From positions 32,001 through 96,000 of the forward strand of contig JAVZGN010000002.1 of the NCBI GenBank assembly GCA_038872135.1: DNA of 64,000 nucleotides, given 5' to 3'. Of this stretch, positions 51,101 to 57,672 are shown in pieces. The notes below the pieces were generated by a model. The model saw nothing but the letters and a program-made list of their open reading frames with translations. It was not told the DNA's origin and ran no database searches. The stretch's first letter is position 1. Every line of letters begins with the position of its first letter. Position numbers and translations under genes: made by a program. This stretch comes from Candidatus Hadarchaeales archaeon (GTDB taxonomy: Archaea; Hadarchaeota; Hadarchaeia; Hadarchaeales; Hadarchaeaceae).

Positions 51101-53757
51101 GTGGATGGTCTCCAACTCAAAGATTCAGGTTCGACTGCAGCCCGCCACTCCCCCCATCTCTTATCTCCCCAATGCCTGGCGAAAATGTTGGTAGCTCGAC
51201 TCCAACCTTCTCTTGGGCGGCCCCATTCGAAAACTCAACCCCGATAAAATACTATCTTTCCATCAGCGATAATGAAGACTTCCCATACGAGAACGAAAAC
51301 TCTGGATGGATCTCCTCAACTTCTTGGATAGTACAATCTCCTCTCTCAGACGGCATCTGGTACTGGAGGGTGAAGGCAAGAGACAACGCCGGCAACGAGG
51401 GAGCATTCTCTACACCCAGAAAGTTCAGGGTTGATACGCTTCCACCCGAGAATGTTTCTCTGCTGGAGCCGGAAAATGGCACGACGGTAGGTGATAACAC
51501 TCCACTGCTGAAGTGGTCTAGTGCGGTAGACAACTCCCTTCCGGTAAAGTATGTTGTGGTTGTAGCTCGCGACCCCGCCTTCGCAGATAATGTCATCTCC
51601 TCTCCTTGGCTCGACAATGAAAATTGGGAAATCCCACTGGGGCTCTTGGACAACACATACTATTGGAAGGTGAGGGCGAGAGATAACGCAGGAAACATCT
51701 TTGAAACGCCATCTTGGTGGTTCATCGTTGAAAATGCCTCGCCCTTCATGCCACAGCTCGTCAGGCCTGCAAACGGAGCATGGGAAAACGACAACACCCC
51801 GACCTTCAAATGGGAAAACGCATGGGACATTTCACAACCAGTGGAATATTTTGTGTGGCTCTCCACCGACAACCTCTTTGAAAACATTGTACTCACCAGT
51901 GGCTGGGTGGAGAACGAGAACTGGACGGTTCCGGCGGAAAATTCCCTCTCGGATAATGTAAAATATTACTGGAGGGTTCAGGCAAAAGACAACACCGGAA
52001 AGCTCAGCGAGAATTCTGAGACATGGTGGTTCATCGTCGACGTGGTGGTTCCGCCAAGGATAAACCTCTGGTCGCCGCCTAACGACGCCGTCTTCGAGAA
52101 GCTCACGATCACCTTCACTTGGGAAAGTGTGACCGATAATTCTGGAGTAACCTATCACATAGAAATAGATAATGAGCCCAGCTTCTCTAGCCCACTTGTG
52201 GATAGTAGATATACCACCAACGCCGTCCTGCCAAGTTACACCTTCCAAAAAACAGGGTGGTACTACTGGAGGGTAAGGACGATAGACGGAGCTGGAAATA
52301 TCGGTGAATGGTCGGACAACTGGGTGATTTTGATTGGTAGATGGACTTTTCTAGAGCGCTGGAACGAGATAACAATCATTAGCCAGCCCACGGCGTGGAA
52401 ATGGATAGAATCATGGGGATTAACTATAAAGGCTCCAAGCGGCTGGACCTTGGTCGAGAGCTGGCAGGCCACAGCCGTCGGAGCAATCCGATGGAGAGTT
52501 GCCGAAAGCTGGTCACTGAGCATTAGGACTAGGCCCTACTACTGGACTAAGGTTGAGGCATGGGAGAATGTGGCAACATTGAGAGGATACCCGATTCCAG
52601 TTTGGAGATTTGCTGAAAACTGGGGAGGGATATCAATCATTTCTCTCCCACGTGAATTTAGATTTGTTGAAACTTTCAATGCTCAGATAAGGGCTCCGGC
52701 GGAAATAATTGACTTCCTCACCGCCATTGAGCGGCCACCGCCAAAGTGGGAGGAAATAGAGAAGATGCATGCGACCTTTAGGGCAAAAGAGCCGCTGCCA
52801 GGAATCCCTGTGACCGTCGGAAGGGTGATGCCCGGAACTACTTCAACGGCAGATTTTTCCGCCTTCGACATCCCAGTGATCAAGATTGAAATAACTCTTA
52901 AGCCAGACGCCCCTGCCACAGAGATCGCTCCGATCGTCCTCTCAGCCAAGGCCGTTGACAACATCCCAGGAATATCTGGTCCTCCGGGCGAAACATACAA
53001 ATTCTTGGAATTTGGTGTGGATGGGATACCACCGGAATACATTCAGAACTTCAGGGTGCGGTTCAGGGTTGAAAAGAGGTGGCTTCTCGGGATGGATGAG
53101 AAAACTCTCGAGGTGGTGAGGCTGAGCGGCAATTGGGTGCGAGTACCTTTTGAACTAATTAGCTCAACTGAAGATTACAACATATATGAAATGGCTGGCG
53201 ATGTCTATTCGACCTTTGCGATAATAGCGCAGAAAAAGACGCTACCACTTCAAGCCCCGCCGGTCGTCTTGATTCCAACTGGAGAAGCCCCATCCCCAAG
53301 TCCCATTGGATTATTTGTGCTTCTCGGCATAGGCGGGATAGCAGTGGGGCTGATGTTCTATCGTTCTGTCGCGAAAATAAGAATTGGCGGACTTGAGAAA
53401 GAGCTTGAGAAGCTCCAAAAGGCGCCTCCGACAAAAAAGGTGGCGGTGAGAGGTGTAAGGATAACGCTTCCCAAAGTGGAAAAAATGGAGATTAAGAGGA
53501 TTGCCAGAGCGATTTGGGGTCCACCGCCAATCCCGAGAGTTCCTCCGCCTGAAAGACGCCTGGCCCCGCCAGAAATCGCGGCTGTGGAAACTCTCGAGAA
53601 GTTCATCGCTGAAAGGAGAAAGAAGGCGCCGAAAATAGCGGTTGAAAAAATTGAAGAGGTGAGAAAAAAGCTGAGCAAGGAGGAGATTGAGGTTTTCAAG
53701 ACCCTAGAAAAATTTGTTGGAAAGAGAAGGAAAGCCATGAAAAGAGGAGGTGGATGA
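42172..53757 (+). CDS. Giant (~3,800 aa) membrane-anchored cell-surface protein with FN3/Ig-like modules, Trp-rich 16-aa repeats, PGF-pre-PGF-like domain, TM helix and basic cytoplasmic tail
   Basis: Uninterrupted ORF; signal-like KALSISMVILILLSTF...ASA; about 21 modules of P.L.SP.NG...W...Y...D...F...YYWRV.A.DNAGN; FRVEKRW...YSTFAII then TM IGLFVLLGIGGIAVGLMF; start uncertain (42172 or 42331). Confidence 0.9.
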   Translation: MVATIGKFRDGDWPPANYSGTVEDRRGAHSPQSRITNAKLNDVPLSEKALSISMVILILLSTFSPMLHLPLASAGSLVDNSTENFALGVHENTENIANRIRLKSGYTSGQFTSQIFDAGVWAHWETMNWVENEPFLLIQENDDVGAEPETLADGSLRRGEILGGSITDVRVLDGVYENIGENTEDNCLNWEHKIENITFGFENYVLKIRGYTGGDYENVGIYIWENQGATWGWRFIDNLTSTEKTIEWTIPRTSIENYLVSGAILIRYFENNTDATQTWVVVDLCILSGENRIFSEVKIQVRVSSDNVVWTGWAGPSGDDTTFFTSSPANLTPILDRRYIQYRVYFTSPSPSLSGGDGPTFGEVVINYSPVSPPSLQSPSNGSWTNDNTPTFDWSDVEDATEYHLLVDNDSNFSSPEINVLVASSQFTSATELPDATYYWKVRAKVGSDLSTAFSAPWTVNIATAPPTPPSLISPDNDVTLFVDQPLFRWTISTGVGAITYWLVIDNDQDFSSPIYNKTGISENSHVIENKLPENFTPYYWKVAAVDNIGNLSWSEWRKFELKVFPSSVVGQISPYWQTAPVSISVTASDNDGTIENVELWYRYSVDNSEWGPWTFYENRSSPPYSFTFNFPNGQGLYEFYSIAWDSRGNRENTPPTPDTACGFDNAAPPAPTLIQPENDAVIETRKPTFRWTSVTDLSGVTYNLIVDNENTLAPPHIYFKTGITENSHTTENSLDIGVYWWKIVARDAVGNENSENVFIFTLRLWNNVERWSGVIKTISGWMTAEVWSVTINAPYGVYGYLLVEEWSAVVNAPPPVFTIVESWTTTVASEISEWKVVESWTASIGSGGGWMLAESWMSTVTALPHIGWSQVETWSFTAVTLARWELVEGWNASITAAAYLGWPQVEMWSVTVDALPYVEWVQAEIWAETLTTSAQWFVCESFAADIVANVVSGWTFVETWTPTLTSVVLSGWTLDESWIATITAEILQPVLLLPLDGENTNNTNPTFDWEDNTLPIDNFEIQIDDDQDFSPPLVRWENTGATSQYSPGFLPDNLYWWRVRMWRGGVPGAWAQRTVRVDTLPPEKPSLLSPLDGENENDSAPNLRWSAPPENSFPLTYFVQISNSKYFEPENIATSAWVMEENWEVPPVLQENVWYWWRVLVKDNAGNTGDYSSARKFKIDTIAPPPPTVIWPENDGWTTTLPNLDWAPVVENSLPVVYFGEISLFPDFSGSPLRTISTLDDNWSVSPELSEGTYFWRLKVRDNAGNLGSWSQGFVFKVDNTPPTAPQPPFTPPNNGSAPTGLVQFQWAAASDSGSGVAKYAIQIDDEPNFNPPLVHENDNVVGTAYSCLLEFPKTYYWKVKAIDNVGNEGEWSETLSFFATTVWRSIESWTGTIATSAAYQQAESWVATIITVAQWTPIEFCVGTIATSASWKSVESWTATITTTATWQFTETWSGIIATAAAWRFAETWAGTIATAAQWQLVESWQVTITTSAQWQVVESWTGTITTSASWQQVESWTATIATAAVWQVVESWICTIKVGGEWKLAESWSVNIAPPADWNYIETWAAKIIAIIPAPIPVSPRNGENKNTLPTLRWDNLLPADNFQLQIDNNPDFSSPENDLTVFENFYTPPALQDNLWYWRVRTFRNNENSAWSTVWKFRIDRLAPGKPVLVSPSDGENINDNTPLFRWQAPPENSFPLVYTIQISTTSTFAPGTYNEFAVTSYEQEVGWMVPQENPLADNIYYWRVKARDNAGNEGAFSTPRKFRVDTVSPVITLISPANGETVSSRPTLSWSLVYAENTLPVVYNALISDTSTFEFSYENVKITENSYTTQPLDESVGTYYWKVCAWDNAGNWSGWSETRWFTVRTAWRQAESWNLMLTTSSQWNLAESWSAAATTSAEWRQVEAWGTVLSTTAKWSQVETWQATMVASASWQQVDGWAVTLITAANWLLAETWQGIATTTAKWFSTESWTGAVATVSIWQTIENWWAMVTAPVYHGWINAESWSGYVSSGGGWVPAEFWSATIEGWAFWKIVESWSDTINASAGWKTTETWQVQIYSPIPAPVLIFPPDGYNFSPSVGELVLKWDNSQPADNFEIQIDNDFDFSSPEVDDFTSTENFVVPSLPDNLYWWRVRTFRTGENSQWSEVWRFRIDNIPPAVPSLLAPSEGENINDNTPLLRWQAPPENSFPLRYRVQVATDKFFTNIVREALWTVTAENWEIPAENSLPDNMYYWRVAAKDNAGNYSMFSSYRSFRVDTLKPAVPSLTSPPHGAWIAFPSLTWSKVTDISLPLLYNLQIAYDNDFSHLVVNVELLDNSWSGPLDEGLYWWKVQAKDGAGNLSGWSENRKFIVDNAPPTKPVLSTPENSTDVNIGTITFGWQASDPGAGISKYWIQIDNEPDFDNTFFVHENQMVTENTYQYIISVSGRYYWRVRAIDGAGNIGEWSDNWNFFVYGWSSIESWMAMISGPSQWRNVESWNATIKTRAYIWEKLENWSASIQAPFLAGWSFVESWQVEFISVTVSWRGVESWRAIITGRVIAPVLLSPSNGLNTSQNPLTFRWENVHLADNYRIQIDNKSPVVAYENDNVGAEPETLVDGSLRRGEILGGSITDVMVLDGVYENIGENTEDNCLNWEHKIENITSGFENYVLKIKGYTEGDNENIFVYIWENDFGTWRWREIGTITSNETTIVWEMKYTNIEKYLMDGSIYVRYLENTPDLVQTVLHIDLCVLMENLENLTPPFLVDATSTDNFYTYTFPENGRYWWRVMAMVQGIVGDWSNIWTVRADTVAPQPPILISPIHHENVNDTTPLLRWQAPPENSLPVKFFVQVATDPTFNTIIRENWVVGEQWEVYPPLQENVYYWMVLAVDNAGNSSPPSPTWEFRVDITSPATPEPKAPRDGENLNDNTPELVWTSVWDDSRPVVYRIQVAYDEAFQFMVPGCDVYVYENTWTTPELPSERVYRWRVKAIDNAGNESGWSPTQRFRFDCSPPLPPSLISPMPGENVGSSTPTFSWAAPFENSTPIKYYLSISDNEDFPYENENSGWISSTSWIVQSPLSDGIWYWRVKARDNAGNEGAFSTPRKFRVDTLPPENVSLLEPENGTTVGDNTPLLKWSSAVDNSLPVKYVVVVARDPAFADNVISSPWLDNENWEIPLGLLDNTYYWKVRARDNAGNIFETPSWWFIVENASPFMPQLVRPANGAWENDNTPTFKWENAWDISQPVEYFVWLSTDNLFENIVLTSGWVENENWTVPAENSLSDNVKYYWRVQAKDNTGKLSENSETWWFIVDVVVPPRINLWSPPNDAVFEKLTITFTWESVTDNSGVTYHIEIDNEPSFSSPLVDSRYTTNAVLPSYTFQKTGWYYWRVRTIDGAGNIGEWSDNWVILIGRWTFLERWNEITIISQPTAWKWIESWGLTIKAPSGWTLVESWQATAVGAIRWRVAESWSLSIRTRPYYWTKVEAWENVATLRGYPIPVWRFAENWGGISIISLPREFRFVETFNAQIRAPAEIIDFLTAIERPPPKWEEIEKMHATFRAKEPLPGIPVTVGRVMPGTTSTADFSAFDIPVIKIEITLKPDAPATEIAPIVLSAKAVDNIPGISGPPGETYKFLEFGVDGIPPEYIQNFRVRFRVEKRWLLGMDEKTLEVVRLSGNWVRVPFELISSTEDYNIYEMAGDVYSTFAIIAQKKTLPLQAPPVVLIPTGEAPSPSPIGLFVLLGIGGIAVGLMFYRSVAKIRIGGLEKELEKLQKAPPTKKVAVRGVRITLPKVEKMEIKRIARAIWGPPPIPRVPPPERRLAPPEIAAVETLEKFIAERRKKAPKIAVEKIEEVRKKLSKEEIEVFKTLEKFVGKRRKAMKRGGG
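42589..43044 (+). repeat. Duplicated ~150-aa domain, copy 1 (copy 2 at 49924-50376)
   Basis: END.VGAEPETL.DGSLRRGEILGGSITDV.VLDGVYENIGENTEDNCLNWEHKIENIT nearly identical at DNA level over the first ~260 nt. Confidence 0.9.
44464..45129 (+). repeat. Trp repeat block 1 (13 copies, 16-19 aa)
   Basis: WNNVERW..., WKVVESW..., WTLDESW... Confidence 0.85.
46321..46890 (+). repeat. Trp repeat block 2 (12 copies, strict 16 aa / 48 nt)
   Basis: e.g. WQVVESWTGTITTSAS WQQVESWTATIATAAV. Confidence 0.9.
47782..48357 (+). repeat. Trp repeat block 3 (12 copies)
   Basis: WRQAESWNLMLTTSSQ WNLAESWSAAATTSAE... Confidence 0.9.
49537..49782 (+). repeat. Trp repeat block 4 (5 copies)
   Basis: WSSIESW..., WRNVESW..., WRGVESW... 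Confidence 0.85.
49924..50376 (+). repeat. Duplicated ~150-aa domain, copy 2
   Basis: Same sequence as 42589-43044, inserted within an FN3-like module. Confidence 0.9.
52339..52695 (+). repeat. Trp repeat block 5 (7 copies)
   Basis: WTFLERW..., WKWIESW..., WRFAENW..., FRFVETF. Confidence 0.8.
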
Positions 53758-54400
53758 GGTGGAGCCAGAATTTCGCCTGACGAGGGCGGGAAAAATTAAA
53801 TGGAAGCTGAAGAAAAACTGGAAAGTTATCGCGGCAATTATTCTATCTATATCAATAGCGGTGGGAGTTTATCTCTCAACCCTCCAGCCATCCAAGATTT
53901 CCAGAAGAGCTAAGATTACTGCTCCCTATGTTGAATTTGAAAGTAGAAGGGGGTTCTTTGCCGTGCGTAAATACCAGGAGTCTGGAATCGAAAACATTTA
54001 CATCGTTAAATTTCCCAATTTTGACCCGACCAGGGATGCGATGTCTCAGCTGGAAAATGTTGATGCAATCATTTCGAGTAGCGGGCAAACTGTGGATGTT
54101 TCGGACAATGCCCTTTTTGCTATAGTTGTGGCCGTTAGAGCAAAGGCTCCAGACAACATCGCATATGTGGTCAAAGAGAATATGTGGGTCTGGCTCGGGG
54201 CTAGTGGAGCATTCACCATCCCGAACTCTCTGGCTCCAGACTGGAAAGAATATGTTTTTGAGAGTTCTGGATATGGAACTGCGAATGGTTACATGAGAGT
54301 AAATGTGATCTGGGACAACGATGGCGAGGGATATATACTGTACGCAGGGCAACATCTCTTCATAGACAACATCGTCTTGAAATTTTTCAGTCCAAGATAG
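53750..54400 (+). CDS. Hypothetical membrane-anchored protein (N-terminal TM, beta-rich external domain)
   Basis: Basic N-terminus, TM VIAAIILSISIAVGVYL; start overlaps the end of the giant gene by 8 nt; GGAGG RBS. Confidence 0.8.
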   Translation: MDEVEPEFRLTRAGKIKWKLKKNWKVIAAIILSISIAVGVYLSTLQPSKISRRAKITAPYVEFESRRGFFAVRKYQESGIENIYIVKFPNFDPTRDAMSQLENVDAIISSSGQTVDVSDNALFAIVVAVRAKAPDNIAYVVKENMWVWLGASGAFTIPNSLAPDWKEYVFESSGYGTANGYMRVNVIWDNDGEGYILYAGQHLFIDNIVLKFFSPR

Positions 54401-54463
54401 AAATTTCATAGCTTATAACCTCGGCCGCAATTAGAAAAGTGAGATAACTTGGCGGACCGAAAG

Positions 54464-55246
54464 ATGAAACAACCTTCAATACCTGAACTTTTGAGACCGA
54501 AGCGAGAAAGGGGAATAGAAATAAAACCGAAACATGGGAGAGTGGTTGGGCTTTTTTCCTGCAAGGGAGGTGTTGGAAAGACTACCACCACGGCAAATCT
54601 CAGTCTCGCCCTTTTGGAAAAACTTGGAACGAATATCTTGGCTTTCGACGCAAACATCGGTGCCCCTAACCTTGGACTGCATTTTGGCGAGCTAACTCCA
54701 AAAATAACAGTTCATGATGTCATCTCCGCGGAGCTTCCGGTGGAAAATGCTATTCTCACAGTTCAGGGGTTGAAGATGATTTTGGGATCGATAGCCTTTG
54801 AAGATGAAGTTCACCTGGTAGATCTCAGGGAGCTGATAAACCCCTTGAGAAAGATGTTCAAACTTGTCATCGTCGACTCTGCCCCGGGGATAGGAAGCGA
54901 GGTGGTCGCCGCCCTGAAGGCCTGTGACGAGATAATAATTGTCACGGACCCATATGTCCCAACGATCGCAAGCACATTGAAGACATTTCGGGCAGCAGAA
55001 AAATATAAGGTTCCAATCTTCGGTGTTGTTGTGAACAGGGTGGCGGGGGACCCGTTTGAGCTTCCGATCAAAGAAATAAGAAAGGCATTAGGGTGGCCTG
55101 TGGTGGCGGTGGTCCCGGAAGACAAGAAAGTGAGGGAAGCAACTGCTGCCGGCATCCCTGTAGTAAAATATGCGCCGAAGTCGCCGGCCGCCAAAGAGTT
55201 TGTTATGCTGGCGAACACTGTGTATGAACATCTCAGAAAGGGGTAG
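54464..55246 (+). CDS. minD: MinD/ParA family ATPase
   Basis: Deviant Walker A KGGVGKTTTTANL, DANIGAPNL, DSAPG, VVVNRV, VPED..VREA...G.PVV...P.SPAA; start 54464 or 54449. Confidence 0.88.
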   Translation: MKQPSIPELLRPKRERGIEIKPKHGRVVGLFSCKGGVGKTTTTANLSLALLEKLGTNILAFDANIGAPNLGLHFGELTPKITVHDVISAELPVENAILTVQGLKMILGSIAFEDEVHLVDLRELINPLRKMFKLVIVDSAPGIGSEVVAALKACDEIIIVTDPYVPTIASTLKTFRAAEKYKVPIFGVVVNRVAGDPFELPIKEIRKALGWPVVAVVPEDKKVREATAAGIPVVKYAPKSPAAKEFVMLANTVYEHLRKG

Positions 55247-55252
55247 CCGGCG

Positions 55253-56563
55253 TCACATGAACTCAAGGATTTTCTTCTGTGCTATTTCCTCTCTGATGAG
55301 CCTGCTGGCTGAAACCCACCTCTCCAGCGGCAATGTCAGCTTTTGAACAGCGTAATTTAAGGCCTCGCGAAATGTCGGAAAAGTCGAAGGCTGTGTGCGG
55401 AGCATTGCCCTGACAGACTCCCTTGTGAACCAAACGCCAAGAGGCAGGAGAAACCCAGGGTGAATTTCTCTGATGACAAGCGCTCCTGCCTGCCTTTTTT
55501 CCTCCCTCAGCTTTTCTGCCACCGCCAACCTGCATGCATAGTAACACCCCCCTATCTCTGGGTAGGTTGTCCTCCCCTGATATGGTTCCCAGTCGCCCAT
55601 GACGGCAGGTGAAGTGGCTGATCTCTGGTTCCAAGTGGTGTTTGGAAACCATGCTTCAATCCACTCAAACCTCCAATTTTCTGGCATCAGGATGGCCGCA
55701 AAGAGATTATTCATTCTCTGAAAGGTATATACTCTGAACTCGTTTATCGATGGAAATTGCTTTATTTCATCTATTAGTCTCTGTGAAATTATAGAATCCA
55801 CAGCAGTTATGCTCCAGCGGGTGGGCACCAGCCTCCTTCTGTTCCCCTCTCCAAACATTCCAAGGCTGAACGCTTTTTGGATTTTGGAAACCATGGTACC
55901 TAAGTTGTAAAGCTCTAGAACAGCGTCTGCGGCCTTTAAATCCTTATCATAAAATGCTTTCTCTATTCTTGGGTCTGCTTTGATGTTTGTGGCGGAAAAA
56001 CTCTTGAGTGGTGCCGATGGGCCAAAGGGCTGAACATCGTCACTGAAAATCAATCGGGGTGAAGGAATTTTTTCCAAAACTACCTCGGCGTCAATTGGGT
56101 GTTTTCCCATCGCCAGCTCCTGAAGGGCTTCAATATTTTTCCCACTGTTTGCTGCCTCATGGACATCAGCAGTAACTTTCCCCCTGATCAAGGAATACCT
56201 GAAATCGACAATCTCTTGGATTGTCTTGTCTCCCCATGCTTCCGGAGTATCGAGAATTTCTGTATCGCCGCGAAATGGGGGAACCATTGGCCCAACGCTC
56301 ACCCTTGGATAGCCTATCCTTCCCACAAAAACTGCTGGTGGACTTGAACCAAAGATGTAAGCTGATGTTATGAGGGGTTTTACTTTCGCGAGCGATTGGG
56401 CCCTTATGAGAACTGGACATCTCCGCCTGCCGCAGAGCATCCTGCTTCCCCTGCAGATGATGCAGAGGTTTTGTTGAGTAGCCCTTCCCGGGTACCTGCT
56501 TTGAATTGAAAGTTCTCTCAAAAAATTGTCGGGAACTATTCCTCTAAGCCACTCTGTTGCCAT
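55253..56563 (-). CDS. nreA: Nre family PCNA-interacting DNA repair protein
   Basis: CIICRG...CG...CP, GSSPPAVFVGR.GYP, LVPTRWSITAVD, GGCYYA.RLAV.E, C-terminal PIP QKKILEF; start ATG 56563. Confidence 0.9.
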   Translation of the reverse strand: MATEWLRGIVPDNFLRELSIQSRYPGRATQQNLCIICRGSRMLCGRRRCPVLIRAQSLAKVKPLITSAYIFGSSPPAVFVGRIGYPRVSVGPMVPPFRGDTEILDTPEAWGDKTIQEIVDFRYSLIRGKVTADVHEAANSGKNIEALQELAMGKHPIDAEVVLEKIPSPRLIFSDDVQPFGPSAPLKSFSATNIKADPRIEKAFYDKDLKAADAVLELYNLGTMVSKIQKAFSLGMFGEGNRRRLVPTRWSITAVDSIISQRLIDEIKQFPSINEFRVYTFQRMNNLFAAILMPENWRFEWIEAWFPNTTWNQRSATSPAVMGDWEPYQGRTTYPEIGGCYYACRLAVAEKLREEKRQAGALVIREIHPGFLLPLGVWFTRESVRAMLRTQPSTFPTFREALNYAVQKLTLPLERWVSASRLIREEIAQKKILEFM

Positions 56564-56640
56564 CGGATAACCATTCCTTTTAGAGAAATAAAGTTGGAGG
56601 TTCCCAAATGGTTTAATGTTTACAAACGATGGAAGTTTGT

Positions 56641-57618
56641 ATGGAATATGATTTTGAAGAAGAGCGAGTGAAAAAATTTCTGAGAGAGAATAGTGCGAAA
56701 AAAGCAGCGGTGCAGTTGCCATCTGGGCTGAAAAGTTACTGGAGAGAGATAGCAGAGACATTTCATTCTGCTGGCGTTGAGCCGGTTTTGATGGATAGCT
56801 GCTACGGGGGGTGTGATATCGCAGATGCCGCGGCAAAACAGATGGGGTGTGATGTTCTTGTCCACTATGGTCACGCGGATATCGGACTAAAGGCGTCTCT
56901 CCCAACGCTGTACATAGAGGCGAGAGTGGTTGGATGCGATATGGGTGGTGTAAGGAGCCTGCTGGAAAAAATGAATGGAGAGAAAGTGGGACTTCTGACC
57001 ACAGTTCAATTCATCGATTACCTCGACACCGTGAAAAAGATCGGCCGAGAATGTGGTGTTGAATTGCTTATCGGCGCCCCTGGATCCAGAACAAAATATC
57101 CTGGGCAGATCCTCGGATGCGACTTCAGCTCCGCTAGGAACTTGAAGGAAGAAGTGGGGGTCTACCTTTACATGGGGACCGGGGAGTTCCACCCACTTGG
57201 CGTCTCTATTGCAACAGGGAAAAAAGTCGTGGCGTTTGATCCAATATCTTCAGCTACAAAAGAAATCACCGGAGAAGAGTTTCTGAGAAAAAGAAAAGCG
57301 ACGATCACCATGGCTGCGATGGGGGAAAAGTTTGGTGTTGTCACCAGCACAAAACCTGGCCAATGGAGAATCGCAACAGCCAGAAGGGCTGTGGAGCAGC
57401 TGAGGAAAAGCGGAAAGCTGGCGGAGCTCCTTGTGGTGGATGAAATCACCCCCGAGACCGTGGGAGATTATCGCTTCGACTGCCTCGTCTGCGCCGCATG
57501 CCCCAGAATTCCGATAGACGACCAAGACAGGTTTGAGGTGCCCATCATCACTCCCTGGGAAATGAAGGTAATGCTGGGACAGGCACAATTTTCACCCTAC
57601 CAAATGGATGAGCTTTAG
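56641..57618 (+). CDS. dph2: Diphthamide biosynthesis radical SAM protein
   Basis: QLPSGLK, CYGGCD, HYGH, GQILGC, FHPLG, KPGQ, ACPRIPIDD. Confidence 0.93.
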   Translation: MEYDFEEERVKKFLRENSAKKAAVQLPSGLKSYWREIAETFHSAGVEPVLMDSCYGGCDIADAAAKQMGCDVLVHYGHADIGLKASLPTLYIEARVVGCDMGGVRSLLEKMNGEKVGLLTTVQFIDYLDTVKKIGRECGVELLIGAPGSRTKYPGQILGCDFSSARNLKEEVGVYLYMGTGEFHPLGVSIATGKKVVAFDPISSATKEITGEEFLRKRKATITMAAMGEKFGVVTSTKPGQWRIATARRAVEQLRKSGKLAELLVVDEITPETVGDYRFDCLVCAACPRIPIDDQDRFEVPIITPWEMKVMLGQAQFSPYQMDEL

Positions 57619-57672
57619 AGGATTGGGAGCTAAAAGGATTTAATACCTAACTGTTGAGGGGAATTGGTCTAT

